DNA from: Camelus dromedarius
Taxonomy: Eukaryota
Direction of reading: 5' to 3'
Length of the DNA stretch: 64,000 bases
Assembly: GCF_036321535.1 (NCBI RefSeq)
Contig: NC_087456.1
Coordinates: 26,970,001 to 27,034,000, forward strand
The stretch's first letter is position 1; each line of letters opens with the position of its first letter. Both the position numbers and the translations under genes were made by a program. The notes beneath the pieces were generated by a model that was given only the letters and a program-made list of their open reading frames with translations, was not told where the DNA came from and made no database searches. Shown piece after piece: positions 1-12,460 of this stretch.

Positions 1-1121
1 ACAATAGTACATGCAAAAGAGGTGAGAGAAAATACAACACATTTGGAGGACCACAAGTGTTTCATTCTTACACGATTATAATCATTAGAAAGAGGTAGTG
101 CTGTAAAACCTAGAAATAGAATCTAAAATCACTTTACAATACTCTGCATCCATGAAATTCACCTCTAATTTCTCCAGGTATGGCTGCTCAAAATGTTTAT
201 CTGGCAAAGGTACGTAAACTCTCTGACTTTCCCTGTTACAATTTGTCTTCATGTTCCAGTCCACCATCTTAAAATCCATTCTGTCTTAGTCTCTCTGCCA
301 GCTAGGTCATCCAGGATTGTGGTGAAAGCAAACATGGAAATCCAAAATGAAACACCGAAGCATAGCTTGGGTGGCTACAACGCAACAGCAGTCAACACCC
401 CAATGGGTGTTTGATAAACAAAAGTGTGGGTGGGTGATTAGGATGGGGTGTGGGATAACAGTGGTGGATGGTGGGCTGGGAAAGACCTGGGAACGATGAT
501 TTCAGAACAACTGACTGATGGAGAATAAGGGATTTATTTTACTATCCACAGCATTGGATGAAACTACGCATACAGAATATAGAGCTTGATTTTCTGTCTG
601 GTTTCTTGGCTGTCTGTGGACAGTTTGCTATCCAAATCAGTTAGAGCACTCAGAGCCAAAATAGTGAAATCATCTTCTGGGCTTTTTTTTATTCCCACCA
701 TGAAACTGACATTAGGTAACCAATAATGCTTTCTTCCTCTCTCTCTCTCTCTACCCCCCCATGAAAATTTTTCTCTCAGATCTCACAAAGGTGCAAAGGA
801 TGGCCTAATGTAAATTAATGCTCCCATGGGGATTTATATTTTAATAAATAAATGCCTGGCTTCTGAATTCCTAGACATCAATTTGTGAATTAGGTCAGAA
901 GTATTTCAGGGAGACACTGGAAATGCCCTGCTACCCAGATTCCATATCAGTAGGTGAACACCTACTCTGCCCTAATACATATGCCTCTGAGAAAGCATTT
1001 AAAGTTTCCTCTTCAGCAGGGAGGTCACTATGTCTAAAGGGTAGGTGGAGACAGATGACAAGTTCTGGTCCAGGAAGCATCTAACCTAGGGAAGGTCAGA
1101 CAGATCAAAGATAGCAATGGA

Positions 1122-1811
1122 GGAGAGTCCTCAAAAAACTAAAAATAGACTTATCATATGATCCAGCAATCCCACTCCTGGGCATATATCTGGATGGAAC
1201 CTTATTTCAAGAAGATACCTGCACCCCAATGTTCATAGCAACACTATATACAATAGCCAAGACATGGAAGCAACCTAAATGTTCAAAAACAGATGACTGG
1301 ATTAAGAAGTTGTGGTATATTTATACAGTGGAATACTACTCAGCCATAAAAAGAATAAAATAATGCCATTTGCAGCAACATGGATGGACCTAGAGATCAT
1401 CATTCTAACTGAAGTAAGCCAGAAAGAGAAAGAAAAATACCACAGGATATCACTCATATGTGGAACCTAAAAAAGAAGGAAAAAAGAGGACACTAATGAA
1501 CTCTTCTACAAAACAGAAACAGACTCACAGACATAGTAAATAATCTTATGATTACCAGGGGAAAGGGAGTGGGAAGGGATAAATTTGGGAGTTTGAGATT
1601 TGCAAATGTTATCCACTATATATAAAAATAGATTTAAAAAAACAAGTTTCCTCTGTATAGCACAGGGAACTATATTCAATATCTTGTAATAATCTTTAAT
1701 GAAAAAGAATATGAAAATGAATATATGTATGTATATGTATGACTGGGACATTGCACTGTACACCAGAAACTGACACATTATAACTGACTGTAATTCAATT
1801 AAAAAAAAAAA
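1122..1811 (+). mobile_element. Young 5'-truncated LINE-1 (ORF2 C-terminus + 3'UTR + polyA) with 15-bp TSD
   Basis: Exact TSD AAAGATAGCAATGGA at 1107-1121 and 1812-1826. From ~1129 it translates to LKKLKIDLSYDPAIPLLGIY...[21 protein letters not shown]...[18 protein letters not shown] (L1 ORF2p C-terminus) before a frameshift, and it ends in an A-tail. Confidence 0.95.
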
Positions 1812-4424
1812 AAAGATAGCAATGGAAAGATCAGGCAGAACTAAGGAAGGTAGGAAGGAAGATGGTAGCAGGGAAATCTCTGGTAGCAAGTTCCCAGACA
1901 CCAAACTGAAACTGAGGGGTAGGACTGAAATTAGGAAGAACCAGGTGCCCAATTATCTAATTAGGAGCATAAGAGGTCAGAGCCAGAGTCGGCAGCCAGA
2001 TTGATGATAGTGAATCTCAGATACTGTCTTCCTTGATCTTTAAGCCTGGCAAGCATACCCTTCTGCCAGGTACCCATAAAAGTGAAGAGGCAACAGTCAG
2101 ACCTCTTCAACTCTTCTTGACATACAAGCCCCACCCGTGCCTGTCTCTTGAATCTATACCTTACTTTTGATATTGCTCCTCTCTCTCTGCATTTCCATCC
2201 CCTATCCAAGGCTGCAGCTCCTTCACTGATCTCTTTTATTTCTTTACCACCTTGAATAGTCTTGCCAAGTCCAGTCATGATGGGCTGACCCCTGATTCCA
2301 GCACAAGATCTGGAACCCTAGCCGGCCTTTTCCATTTTTAGAGACGGTACGTTGAGACATTAGGATTGTCCCAAGAGCCTGAGACAGGACTAAACTTGCA
2401 GGTGAAGGAATCAAATAGTTCACACTTTAGGAAAAGGTTATGAAAAGTCTGGCAACTACCAGACACACCTTTCATTACAAATGGCATCTCAGTCAAACAC
2501 GCAGTGTCTCTAACTATAAAAATATAACATTTTAAACAGACTTATTCTATTTATCACATGGTAAAAAGTCATAACCTCACTATTTGCTTGGTAGCGACTG
2601 TGGTCCTTCTCCTTCCAGCCCTGTGTGGATATTGTCCTGTCTGTGTGCAAGGCTGCACTTGGTCTCAATTTTAGGCTTCTGAGCTCAGTTCATTTGTACT
2701 ATACTTGCCCATGATCATCAAANNNNNNNNNNNNNNNNNNNNNNNNNNNNNNNNNNNNNNNNNNNNNNNNNNNNNNNNNNNNNNNNNNNNNNNNNNNNNN
2801 NNNNNNNNNNNNNNNNNNNNNNNNNNNNNNNNNNNNNNNNNNNNNNNNNNNNNNCTCCTTCACAAGAAATTCAATATGATTAACCTAATTAATCTAATTT
2901 GGACATTAAAATAGCATAAAACCCTCTGATTTTTATAATCTAATTCAGACATTAGAATAGTATTAAAAAACATGATTTTTAAACTGTTACTTTTAACTAT
3001 GTGTTAAGAACCTATGTAATTTTAAATTTTAATTGCTTTTCCACAATATCCTGGAGCACACTCCATTCCAAGTCAATGATAAAAACTTGAGGAAAGAAAC
3101 AATGGGTCTGAGACTCGCTCCTGAAGGAGACCTCTTGTCCCTCACTCAGAGAGTCAGCTCACATTAGTATATTTCCATTAGTGAGAAATATCTCCACTGC
3201 GTGAAGATTCTAATCTGAAAAGCTGTTTTTATAGTATGTCATTGGCAAGTCGACTTGCTGAAGAGCATTCTAATCAGTAATGTTGAAAGCCTTCCATAAA
3301 CGAGATGACTGTCACCAATATTCTTCTTTTTTCCTGTCCCGGGTGGCAATAAAAAAGAACAAATAAAAGAGGAAAGTATAATTGGTCTGGTAATTGAGCT
3401 GTGAAAATGTACTATAAAGAATGGAAACTGAAAAGAAAACCACAGAAATGGTGGCATTCCAAATAATTCAACTAGCATCCCAGGAAGTCACCAGGTATGT
3501 CCTGGTTAGCATACCTGAAAGTAGTTTTTTTTTTTTTTTTAACTTTTTAACATTAAAGGATTGTCAGCTACACTTTGAGAAGAAACCGGATTCACTTCAG
3601 GATTTCCTCACTTCACTAGTGGAATGTGGAGACATATCTGAAAAGGCTGTCATTTGATTCAGAGCTTCACTAATTTGACCCTTTGTCCTCACATCAGGAG
3701 AAAAAGAAAAACTTTTTCTATTAGACCTGGCTGAAATATGATAATCCAAAAATGTTCTTCCCTCCTCTGCCCTCAATTCTTTGCTTTCTACCTAACCCTT
3801 TATCAAAGGAAATTTTTTAACAATTTACATTGTGGTATCATCCTGAAATGATGACATGTTCTTATTTAAAGAGAGAATTTGTTTGTTATACACTGTAAAA
3901 AAAAAAAAAAAAACACCAAACTGGATCGTTGACAGTCTCTATTGAGACCACTGGGCAGAAAGGATGACTAAAAAAGCTAGTAAAAGGAGACAATCTGATT
4001 TAATTTCAAGACCTAAGTTGTCTTGGGGAAGGGTAATTTCTGGGTTTAGCGCATGATGGCTGGTATAATTTCTTAATCCAGCAGCTTGACCACTGTGGAT
4101 ATGCTTTTGAATTAAAAGCTGTGAGCATGAGTACACAATAAAGAGCTATAACACTGGAAACTCTGGTACACCGGGGTCATTATAGCTCTGAAGGGAATGT
4201 TCAAGTGAATGACCTTTTCTTGCTCCTGTTCTCTCCTCGCTTCCCACACACACATGCAAAATGAGATGCTAGTGCTAGACAGCTAAGATATTGTAACAAA
4301 AGTGGATGGGAATGACCTGGCACAGTGAGAAGCCACCCGTTCTCAGTAAGTATATCATATGATTTTAGTTGTAATGCACTCAGTCGTGGTGATGATCATT
4401 ATTAATGACAAATCAGTCCATAGA

Positions 4425-5000
4425 ATCAGTGAAAACATTTATTACGCAATTCCGGGTTCTAAACACTAGTAACTGGGGATGTGGCACTGAACCAGAGGGC
4501 TTCTGCCCTTAGGAAGCTTATATTCCAGCAGAGAGACAGACCTTTCCCAAAAATGCTAAAAAAAAAAAACTAAAAATAATTTTATATGCCCAACTGTATT
4601 TGGAAGTCACAAGAGGGTATTAATAGAAAGAGAATTATGTGGGAGTGGAGAAGGTGGCTTTAGCTAGGTTTGCCAGGGGAGTCCTCTCTGAGGAAGTAAG
4701 CGTTGACATTTTAGTTAGATGACATCAAAAAGAAGGCAGCCGTAATGGGATCCAAGGAAAATGTTCTAAGCAGGAGAGAGCTATTAAGTGCAAAGACCCT
4801 GAGATTGGAACAGAACTGAAAAGTCCAAGATGCAGAAATGAGGGCTGCGCGGCTGAGCAGGCAGAACAAGAGGAAGGGTGGCGGGTGGCGGAGGTGAAGG
4901 TGAAGGTAGAGAGGGAGGGTGGGTCACAGCTCATTCAGTTTGCTAGTCATGACGGAGGGATGGGTTTTATTATAAGCACTGTGATGAGTATTTTTAGAAG
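4425..5000 (-). mobile_element. Degenerate L2 LINE 3' fragment
   Basis: AACATTTATT...GGGGATGTGGCACTGAAC...CTTATATTCCAGCAGAGAGACAGAC followed by purine-rich sequence typical of the antisense L2 3' end. Confidence 0.6.
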
Positions 5001-5304
5001 GGATATTAGAAAGAATGGTGGTGACCAGCAAGTCTCTCTGGATTTCTCTTCACTATGTGTTCTGTCTATGGCTTTGCTGTGATCTACTAACCCGCTGCCA
5101 AGCCAACCAGCTTCTGAGGATGGGATAGCTCTTCTCTAAGCTTGAGGTAGGTTTTGAAGTCTCAGCACAAAGGTGAACTTTTGGGACTGAATTATATGAA
5201 AAATTCTGCATGGATGGGATTATCCCAGCCTTAGTGACCAGGGAGAAGAATAGGACATTTTTTAATGTTGAGATTATTGTCAAAGTCATATCGATTTTTG
5301 ATCA

Positions 5305-5820
5305 TTTTATTGGTAAAGTTTAAATACAAAAAAAGTGGGTAAAGTACACTAATCTTAGTGTACAATTCACTGAATATTTATATCCATATATACCACGTAA
5401 TCACCATTCAAATCAAGATAAAGGACATTTCCAATATCCCCAAAGGATATTTCATGTCCCTTTCCAATAATCTCTCTTTCTCTTTCTCTCCCTTACTATG
5501 GTAATCATTTAACTATTAACTTTAATGTAACTATTAATAGAAATATGAACTTAGTTTGCCACAAGCTTTGAGCCAAAAGGATATATATAAATTCTTCTTA
5601 TAAAACTTATATCAAATTTCTCATCTGTTATATCATAAATGTTTTTCATGTATATAAGCATATTTTATAGTTTCTGACTGTATAATATTCCATTGTATGG
5701 AGATATATATATATATATACTGAATTTTATATAACCAATTCTCAATGGCTCTGCATTAAATTATAATCAATTTTGAGTTATCTTTAAACAGCATAGCCAT
5801 GGAAATCTTTGTACTAACAA
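5305..5820 (-). mobile_element. Old L1M (L1ME-like) 3' end fragment
   Basis: TTTTATTGGTAAAGTTTAAATAC...AAGTACACTAATCTTAGTGTACAATTC...CAAGATAAAGGACATTTCC resembles an antisense L1ME 3'UTR. Confidence 0.6.
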
Positions 5821-5827
5821 TACAAGT

Positions 5828-6215
5828 GTGTCTCACTTTGCTAGGGCTGCCATAGCAAAATGCCACAGACTATTGAGTTAACGAACAGAAGTTTATTTTC
5901 TTATAGTTCTGGAGGTTGGAAGTCTATCATGAAGTCTTTGGCAGGTTTGGATTCTCCAGAGGCCGTTGTCCTCGGCTTGCAGATGACTGTCTTCCTGCTA
6001 TGTCCTCACATGGCCTTTTCCCTGTGCATGAACATCACAGACAGTGTCTTTCCCTCTGCTGACAGGACAGGACACCAGTCATACTGGATTAAGATCTACC
6101 CATGTGACTCCACTTAACCTTAATTATCCCTTGGAAGGCCCAGTCTCCAAATATATATTCGAAGGTACTAGGGGTTAGGACTTCATCATATGAATTTTGG
6201 GGAAACACATTATAT
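5828..6215 (-). mobile_element. MaLR LTR (MLT1A/C-like)
   Basis: TTTGCTAGGGCTGCCATAGCAAAATGCCACAGACT...TTCTGGAGGTTGGAAGTC...GTCCTCACATGGCC...GGGGTTAGGACTTCATCATATGAATTTTGGGG are hallmark MLT1 motifs. Confidence 0.85.
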
Positions 6216-6469
6216 GAAAGCCCATATTTAAAACTCAGGAATCAGTCCTTGATTTATATCTATTTAAACAAGTCCTTTCTTTTTCCCTTGGGTGAGGTCA
6301 TAGAATCAAGTACTATACACTTTGGTTACTGTTCTCTAACAGACTAAGCTTTTCAAAGTCTGTGGAGGACTGGATGCCAGGGAAAAGGTGTTTTTCCCTA
6401 AGAATATATTTGCAGGTCTTCCATAATCCCCAGAAAAACTAGCTCATTGCATTACAGCTATTTTAAAAA

Positions 6470-9400
6470 TAAAACTGGACTTCTGCTTCCAGCTATAACA
6501 TGCGAAGTAGTTTCAGTCTTTCCTTTCTGCTAAAAAATAATTATTAAAATTGACACAATACATGAAGCAAAATCAATATATGATGCGAGCATTAAGCAAC
6601 AAGCAGAGAAGATCTGTGATCTTTGAGGAAATGAAAGCACACACGGCAAGCTGCATGACTGTTCTGGATGTCTGCCTGCATCATTCTTCTGCCATGGTGA
6701 TGACAGTTAGAACCCAAGGGGAGCAGAGCATGAGCTGAGATGAGGAGGCAGAGGTTAGAACTCCTGGCTTCTGATAGAACTGGACCTTGCAGGACCGAGT
6801 ACCAGAGAAAAGGGAGCTACATATAAAGGGAAACCCAGAAGTCTAGGGAGGGACTCTCCGCAGGTCCTTGGCTGAGTGCTCGGATGCTCATGTTCTGGGA
6901 GTCCCAGAGGGGACCTTTCTCTATGGAGCTGAGAGATGAAGAGGAATACTTGAGGCTGTTCTGGGAAATAGTAACTTCTAGTCAAGCGTGAGTGAAAAGA
7001 CCTCACTGAGCTCGCTGGATATTCAGTTGAAACTCCAAAAGGCCACAGTTTAGATGTAAGGATCATGCCTGATAATAAGAGCCTCATCACAGGACTATGT
7101 TCAAAAATGAACAACACCTGCTCTAATAAAAAATAAAACTCACTATGACAGGACCTAGAGGATCTCCCAGAACAGCATATAATCATTTAACAGAAAGATG
7201 ACGTAATCCACACATATTTACGCTGTCCAGCATACAATAATAACTAGGTCTGCAAAGAAGCAGGAGAATGTGACCCATATTTAAGGGAAAAAAAACCCAC
7301 TAAGATTAAGCAGATATTAGCATTAGCAGAAAAGGTACCCAGGAAATGTTATAAATATGATCAAAGGCGTAAAAGAAAAGATGGTCATAATGAATAACAG
7401 ATGAGGAGCCCAGGAAAATGGAAATTGTAGAAAGAACCAAAGGGAAATTCTAGAACTGAAAAGAGTAATAAAATTAGAGAAAACTTTACTGTGTAGATTA
7501 AAGAACAAATTGATAATTCCAAAATAAAGCATTATAAAGTTGAAGGCAGAACAATAAAAATGACGTAAACTGTAGAAGACAGAAAAAAGAGATTGAAAAT
7601 AAATCATCAAATATTCAGGTTCCTATAGGATCATCAGTCAGGCCAGNNNNNNNNNNNNNNNNNNNNNNNNNNNNNNNNNNNNNNNNNNNNNNNNNNNNNN
7701 NNNNNNNNNNNNNNNNNNNNNNNNNNNNNNNNNNNNNNNNNNNNNNNNNNNNNNNNNNNNNNNNNNNNNNNNNNNNNNNNNNNNNNNNNNNNNNNNNNNN
7801 NNNNNNNNNNNNNNNNNNNNNNNNNNNNNNNNNNACAGAAAGAAGCTGAGGAGAGTGGAGAAGGGAGAGNNNNNNNNNNNNNNNNNNNNNNNNNNNNNNN
7901 NNNNNNNNNNNNNNNNNNNNNNNNNNNNNNNNNNNNNNNNNNNNNNNNNNNNNNNNNNNNNNNNNNNNNNNNNNNNNNNNNNNNNNNNNNNNNNNNNNNN
8001 NNNNNNNNNNNNNNNNNNNNNNNNNNNNNNNNNNNNNNNNNNNNNTTTCAGCTAAAAGAATGACTAGAAGAAAATGTATAGCTTTACATGCTTCTCATAT
8101 AAAAGAAGAAAAATTTATAATTAATAAACTAAGTTTCCACGTTACAAAGATAGGGGGAAAAAAGGACAAATTAAAGCCAAAGTAAAGGGAGTTAAATAAT
8201 AACCATAATAGTGGAAAGAGATGAAATACTAAACAATAGGTTTGTTAAAAAGGTAATTAATTTGATAAACCTTTAGCAAGACTGATCGAGAATAAAAGAG
8301 AAAACACAAATTCTAATATTAGAAACAAAAGAAATTAAAAAGAAACAATATGCACAGCTCTTACAGATATTAAAATAATAAGGGAATATTATAAATAATT
8401 TAATGTCAATAAATTTTACAACTCAGATAAAATGGGAAAGCTCCTTGAAAAAAACACAACTTATCCAAATTCTGAACAGACCAATATCAATGAAAGAAAT
8501 TGAATGGGTGACAAAGACTCTTTCCACAGAGAAAACCCTAAGCCCAAATTGTTTTACTTGTGAATTCTATCTAAGATTTAAGAAAGAAATAATATATTTT
8601 TAGATGAATGTTTTGAGAAAACAGAGAAGGGAACACTTCCCACCACATTTTACCAGGTCAGTATGAACCTGAGATTCAATTTGGCAAAGACATTAGAAGA
8701 AAAGAAATTATAAGTCAGTATTTCTCATGAACATAAACACAAAATTCCTTAGCAAATTATTAGTAAGCTGAACCCAGAATTACATGGAAAAAATTATACA
8801 TAATAACCAGCTGGAATTTATTCCAGAAATATAAAAGTTGTTTAATACATAAAAATTAACCAGTGTAATTCAGCCCATCAATGGGGGGAAAAGGGGGATA
8901 ATATGTAATCTCTATGATCATCTCAACAGACACAGAAAGCATTTGACAAAATTAAACATATTCATGATTTAAAACAAACCAAAAATCCTAACGAATCAAA
9001 AAATAGAAGGGAATTTTCTCAGTCTGATATGGGGGAACTATGAAAAACCTTTTACTAACAATATGTAATGGTGAAGCATTAAACCGTCTCCTCTTAAAAA
9101 CAGAAACAAGTGAAGAATGTCACCACAGCTTTTCATCATTGTATTGAAGGTTTTAGCCAGTGCAATAAAGCAAGAGAAAAAGAAAAAGGTACATAGACTA
9201 AAACTGAAGAAATAAAAGTCTTTCTTTGCAGACAACATAATCATATATATAGAAAGTCCTAAGAATCTGCCCCAAATGCCACATCTTATTAAACTAATAA
9301 CTCATTCAACAAGGTTGTAGCATCCAGAGTCAATATGAGAAAAGCAATGGCACTTCTATACACAAACAGCAAATCATTGGAAAATGAAATTTTAAGTTTC

Positions 9401-11185
9401 CATCTATAATAACATTAGAAAATGTAAAGTATTTAGAAATTTTTTTTTAAAGATATGTGTAGTACCTTTCCAGTTGAAGCTACAAACATAACTGAGAAAA
9501 ATTAAGGAAGGCCTTAACAAAAAGAGAGACACACTTTGTTCATAGTTTGGAAGAATCAATATTATTAAGAATCAATTATTTGCAAATTGATCTATGGACT
9601 GCATGCAATATCAATCAAAATCCCATTAGGCATTTTTTTAGTAGAAACTGACAAGTTGATTCTAAAAGTGTAATGAGAAGGCAAAGGACTTGGAATTGTC
9701 AAAATAATTTTGAAAAAGAACAAATTTGGAAGTCTCACACTATCTGATTTCAAAATTTACTATAAAGTAACAATAAGTAAGATAGTAAAATATTAGTGTA
9801 AAGAAAGACAAATCACTGGAACATAATACAGCCTGAACATATCTACCCACATATCAAGTTTTAACTGATTTTCAACCAATGTGTTAAGGCTATTCAACAT
9901 GGAGAGGACAATTTTTATCAGCACATGGTACTGAGACAATTGGGGGAAAAAGTGAAGAAATAAATGAACCTAAATCCCCCCCTCACAGTATACATAGAAA
10001 TTAATTTGAGATAATTGTACTCCTAAAAGTAAAAGCTATAATTATAAAGCTCCTAGAGGAAAACAGAATAAGATTTTGACGTTGGAATAGGCAAATAGTT
10101 CTCAGTGAGAACACAAAAAGTACTAACTACGAAAAAGCGTCATAATGTTCTTCATCAAAATTAAAACTTTTGTTCAGCAAAAGACGTATCAGAAAGATTA
10201 AAAAGCAAGTCACAGTGTAGAAGAAAACATTTTCATTATACATATGACAAAAAGCATATCTAGAAGATAGAAATCCCACAAATCAATTACAAATAGACAA
10301 GTAATTGATAAAAATATATGCCAAAATCTTAAACAGACACTTTACCAAAAAGGTTATATTAATATTGTAAACCAAGTATACTTCAGTAAAAGTCAGACCA
10401 TTAAACAAGTTATATTAATGGCTAATTAGCATATGAAAATTTGATCAGCATCGTAAGTCATTAGAGAAATTCAAAACTAAATCACAATGGCTTATGACCT
10501 CATACCAGAAAAACAGCTAGAAGAATGAAAACACCAAATGCTGGCAAGGAGTGTGGAACAGCCAAAACCAATGGTACAACTACTTCAGAAAACTGTTTGA
10601 TAGTTTCTTGTAAACATAAAGGTTAGCCTACACTTTCACCCAGAATCGCTACTTCTGGATATACACTAGAGGTAAATGAAAACATATGTCCACAAAATGA
10701 CTTCTACAAGAAAATATGTAGCAGCCTTCTTTACAATAGACAAATGCTGTGAACAAGCCAACTGTCCTATTATAGGAGAATGAATAGATAAATTGTATTA
10801 TATTTACATAACACAATCCTACTTAGTCATAGGGAAGTATGAACTACTGATACACTCAACAACATAAATAAACCCCTCAAACACTACACTGAGCAAAAAA
10901 TACCACACGTAAGAGTATACGCTATGTGATTATATGAAGCACAAGAAGAGGCAAAATAATCTTCAGTGATAGAAACTAAGAGTGGAGGCTAATGGTGGGG
11001 AAGAAATTGGAAGAAGGCACAAAAGGGTCTTCGGGGTTGATGCAAATGCTCTGTATTTGATTTGGCTATTGGTTATACAAGTGCATACATTTGTCACGTC
11101 ATCGAACAGTATCGTACACTCACGATCTATGCACTTTACATATAAAAATTTTATCTCAATTATTAAAAAGTTAAAATATTAAAAG
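6470..11185 (+). mobile_element. Long, heavily decayed ancient L1M element (5'UTR-like start, ORF1/ORF2 remnants, 3'UTR), interrupted by two N-runs
   Basis: ORF 8403-8603 (LNRPISMKEIEWVTKTLSTEKTLSPNCFTCEFYLRFKKEI) aligns by eye to L1 ORF2p LNRPIT..EIE.VIK.LP.KKSPGPDGFT.EFYQ.FKEE. A-rich L1 composition runs throughout, with an L1M-type 3'UTR and A-rich end near 11170. No intact ORF. Confidence 0.85.
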
Positions 11186-11989
11186 ATAAGCAAAATAAAT
11201 TCATAAATACATTCATAAATACATCTTCCACCCAAATAACTCTTGTGGTGATGGTTAGCGCTAGAAAATGGTGGGTACCCGAGTTCGGCCTGTTTAAAAG
11301 TATATCGAAATAGAGAGGCTCTCTTTAGAGCTCAGAATCTGATCTCATGCCTTCAAATGCAACAGTGTAGTTATACATTAAAGGTGAGAAGATTAAAAAT
11401 AGAACCTTCTAAATTTCCCTAGAAATAGAGCTGCCCGTGAGGCGGCGGCAGCAGCAGCCAGAGTCCAGGATTGATCTTCGTTCCCTTCGTCCCTGAGCCT
11501 TGCTTTGAAGACAGAAGTGGGTCATGCGGTCTCCATGGCCTTCACGGAGGCTGCCAATATGAGGGTTAGTCGGGTCACTGGCTTTCTGAGAAACAGCCCC
11601 CAAGACACACACTCAGATTGCCTGCTTCCTCACTGAACTGGATGGAATGTGACCGTAAACATGAGTATTTGAGGGGAAGTGTGCCCCAAATTCACCTGGT
11701 AAGTCACAACCCTAATGATGGATTTTTGTTCTCTGAGCCCACTCGCCCAGCTCCAACAGACTAACTGCGAATTGTGTGAAGTCTTGATATAGAACTTTAT
11801 ATAGGGGTGCCTAGTCCCTGCCTTATGCCTCTGGCTACCAACAAACCAGTGCTCTAGAGGAGGAACAGAGTCCAGGCTTGAAAAATGAAAGCAGGGGTTG
11901 GCTGGAATGGTTATAAGCTATACCTCTCTCCACAAGGGCTCAGTAGAAAGCACATCTTTATATTATCCAGCTGTCAGCCCAGATTCCAC

Positions 11990-12460
11990 AGAATCTTAAA
12001 TGATAGCCATTTGCACAAACAGGATTCAAATGTTCCCTGCATTTTATTTTAATTATGACTCGAGAAGTGGTGACAACAGACACGCCAGGCTGTCTTGGCA
12101 ATGCTGTCCTCTACCACGGAGACAACTGCTCTTGATGATCGCTGGAAAATGTGATTGCCTTTCCATCGGCTGTGTCTACCGTCATAAAAATCTTGAAAAA
12201 TGGCCTAAGATCTGAGCATTTGTTTATCTGAATCCCACAATTTAAACTGCTCGTAGATGGCTATTTGGTTGGAAGGTGATCAGTTAAAACACTAGATCTG
12301 GGATACACGTTAGCGACATCCATCAGTTTGGTAAATGCAATCAATTACAAATGCTGGTACAGGGAAGACTCCATTTTGCATTGATGTCGTGAGTCCTGTT
12401 TATCACCGATTTTGTCACTTAGCCCATTTCTCACTACAAAGCAAACTACCCAAACCTACT
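11990..12460. promoter_or_regulatory. Candidate conserved distal enhancer
   Basis: No recognisable repeat; about ten CpGs retained in moderately AT-rich DNA; forkhead TGTTTAT at 12221 and 12397; AATCAAT/CAATTA at 12339-12347. Confidence 0.5.

Noticed and set aside
8403-8603. ORFs with L1 ORF2p similarity (also 44772-44981)
   Set aside because: Short decayed fragments of ancient L1 with the RT catalytic motif mutated (FVDN); not functional CDS.
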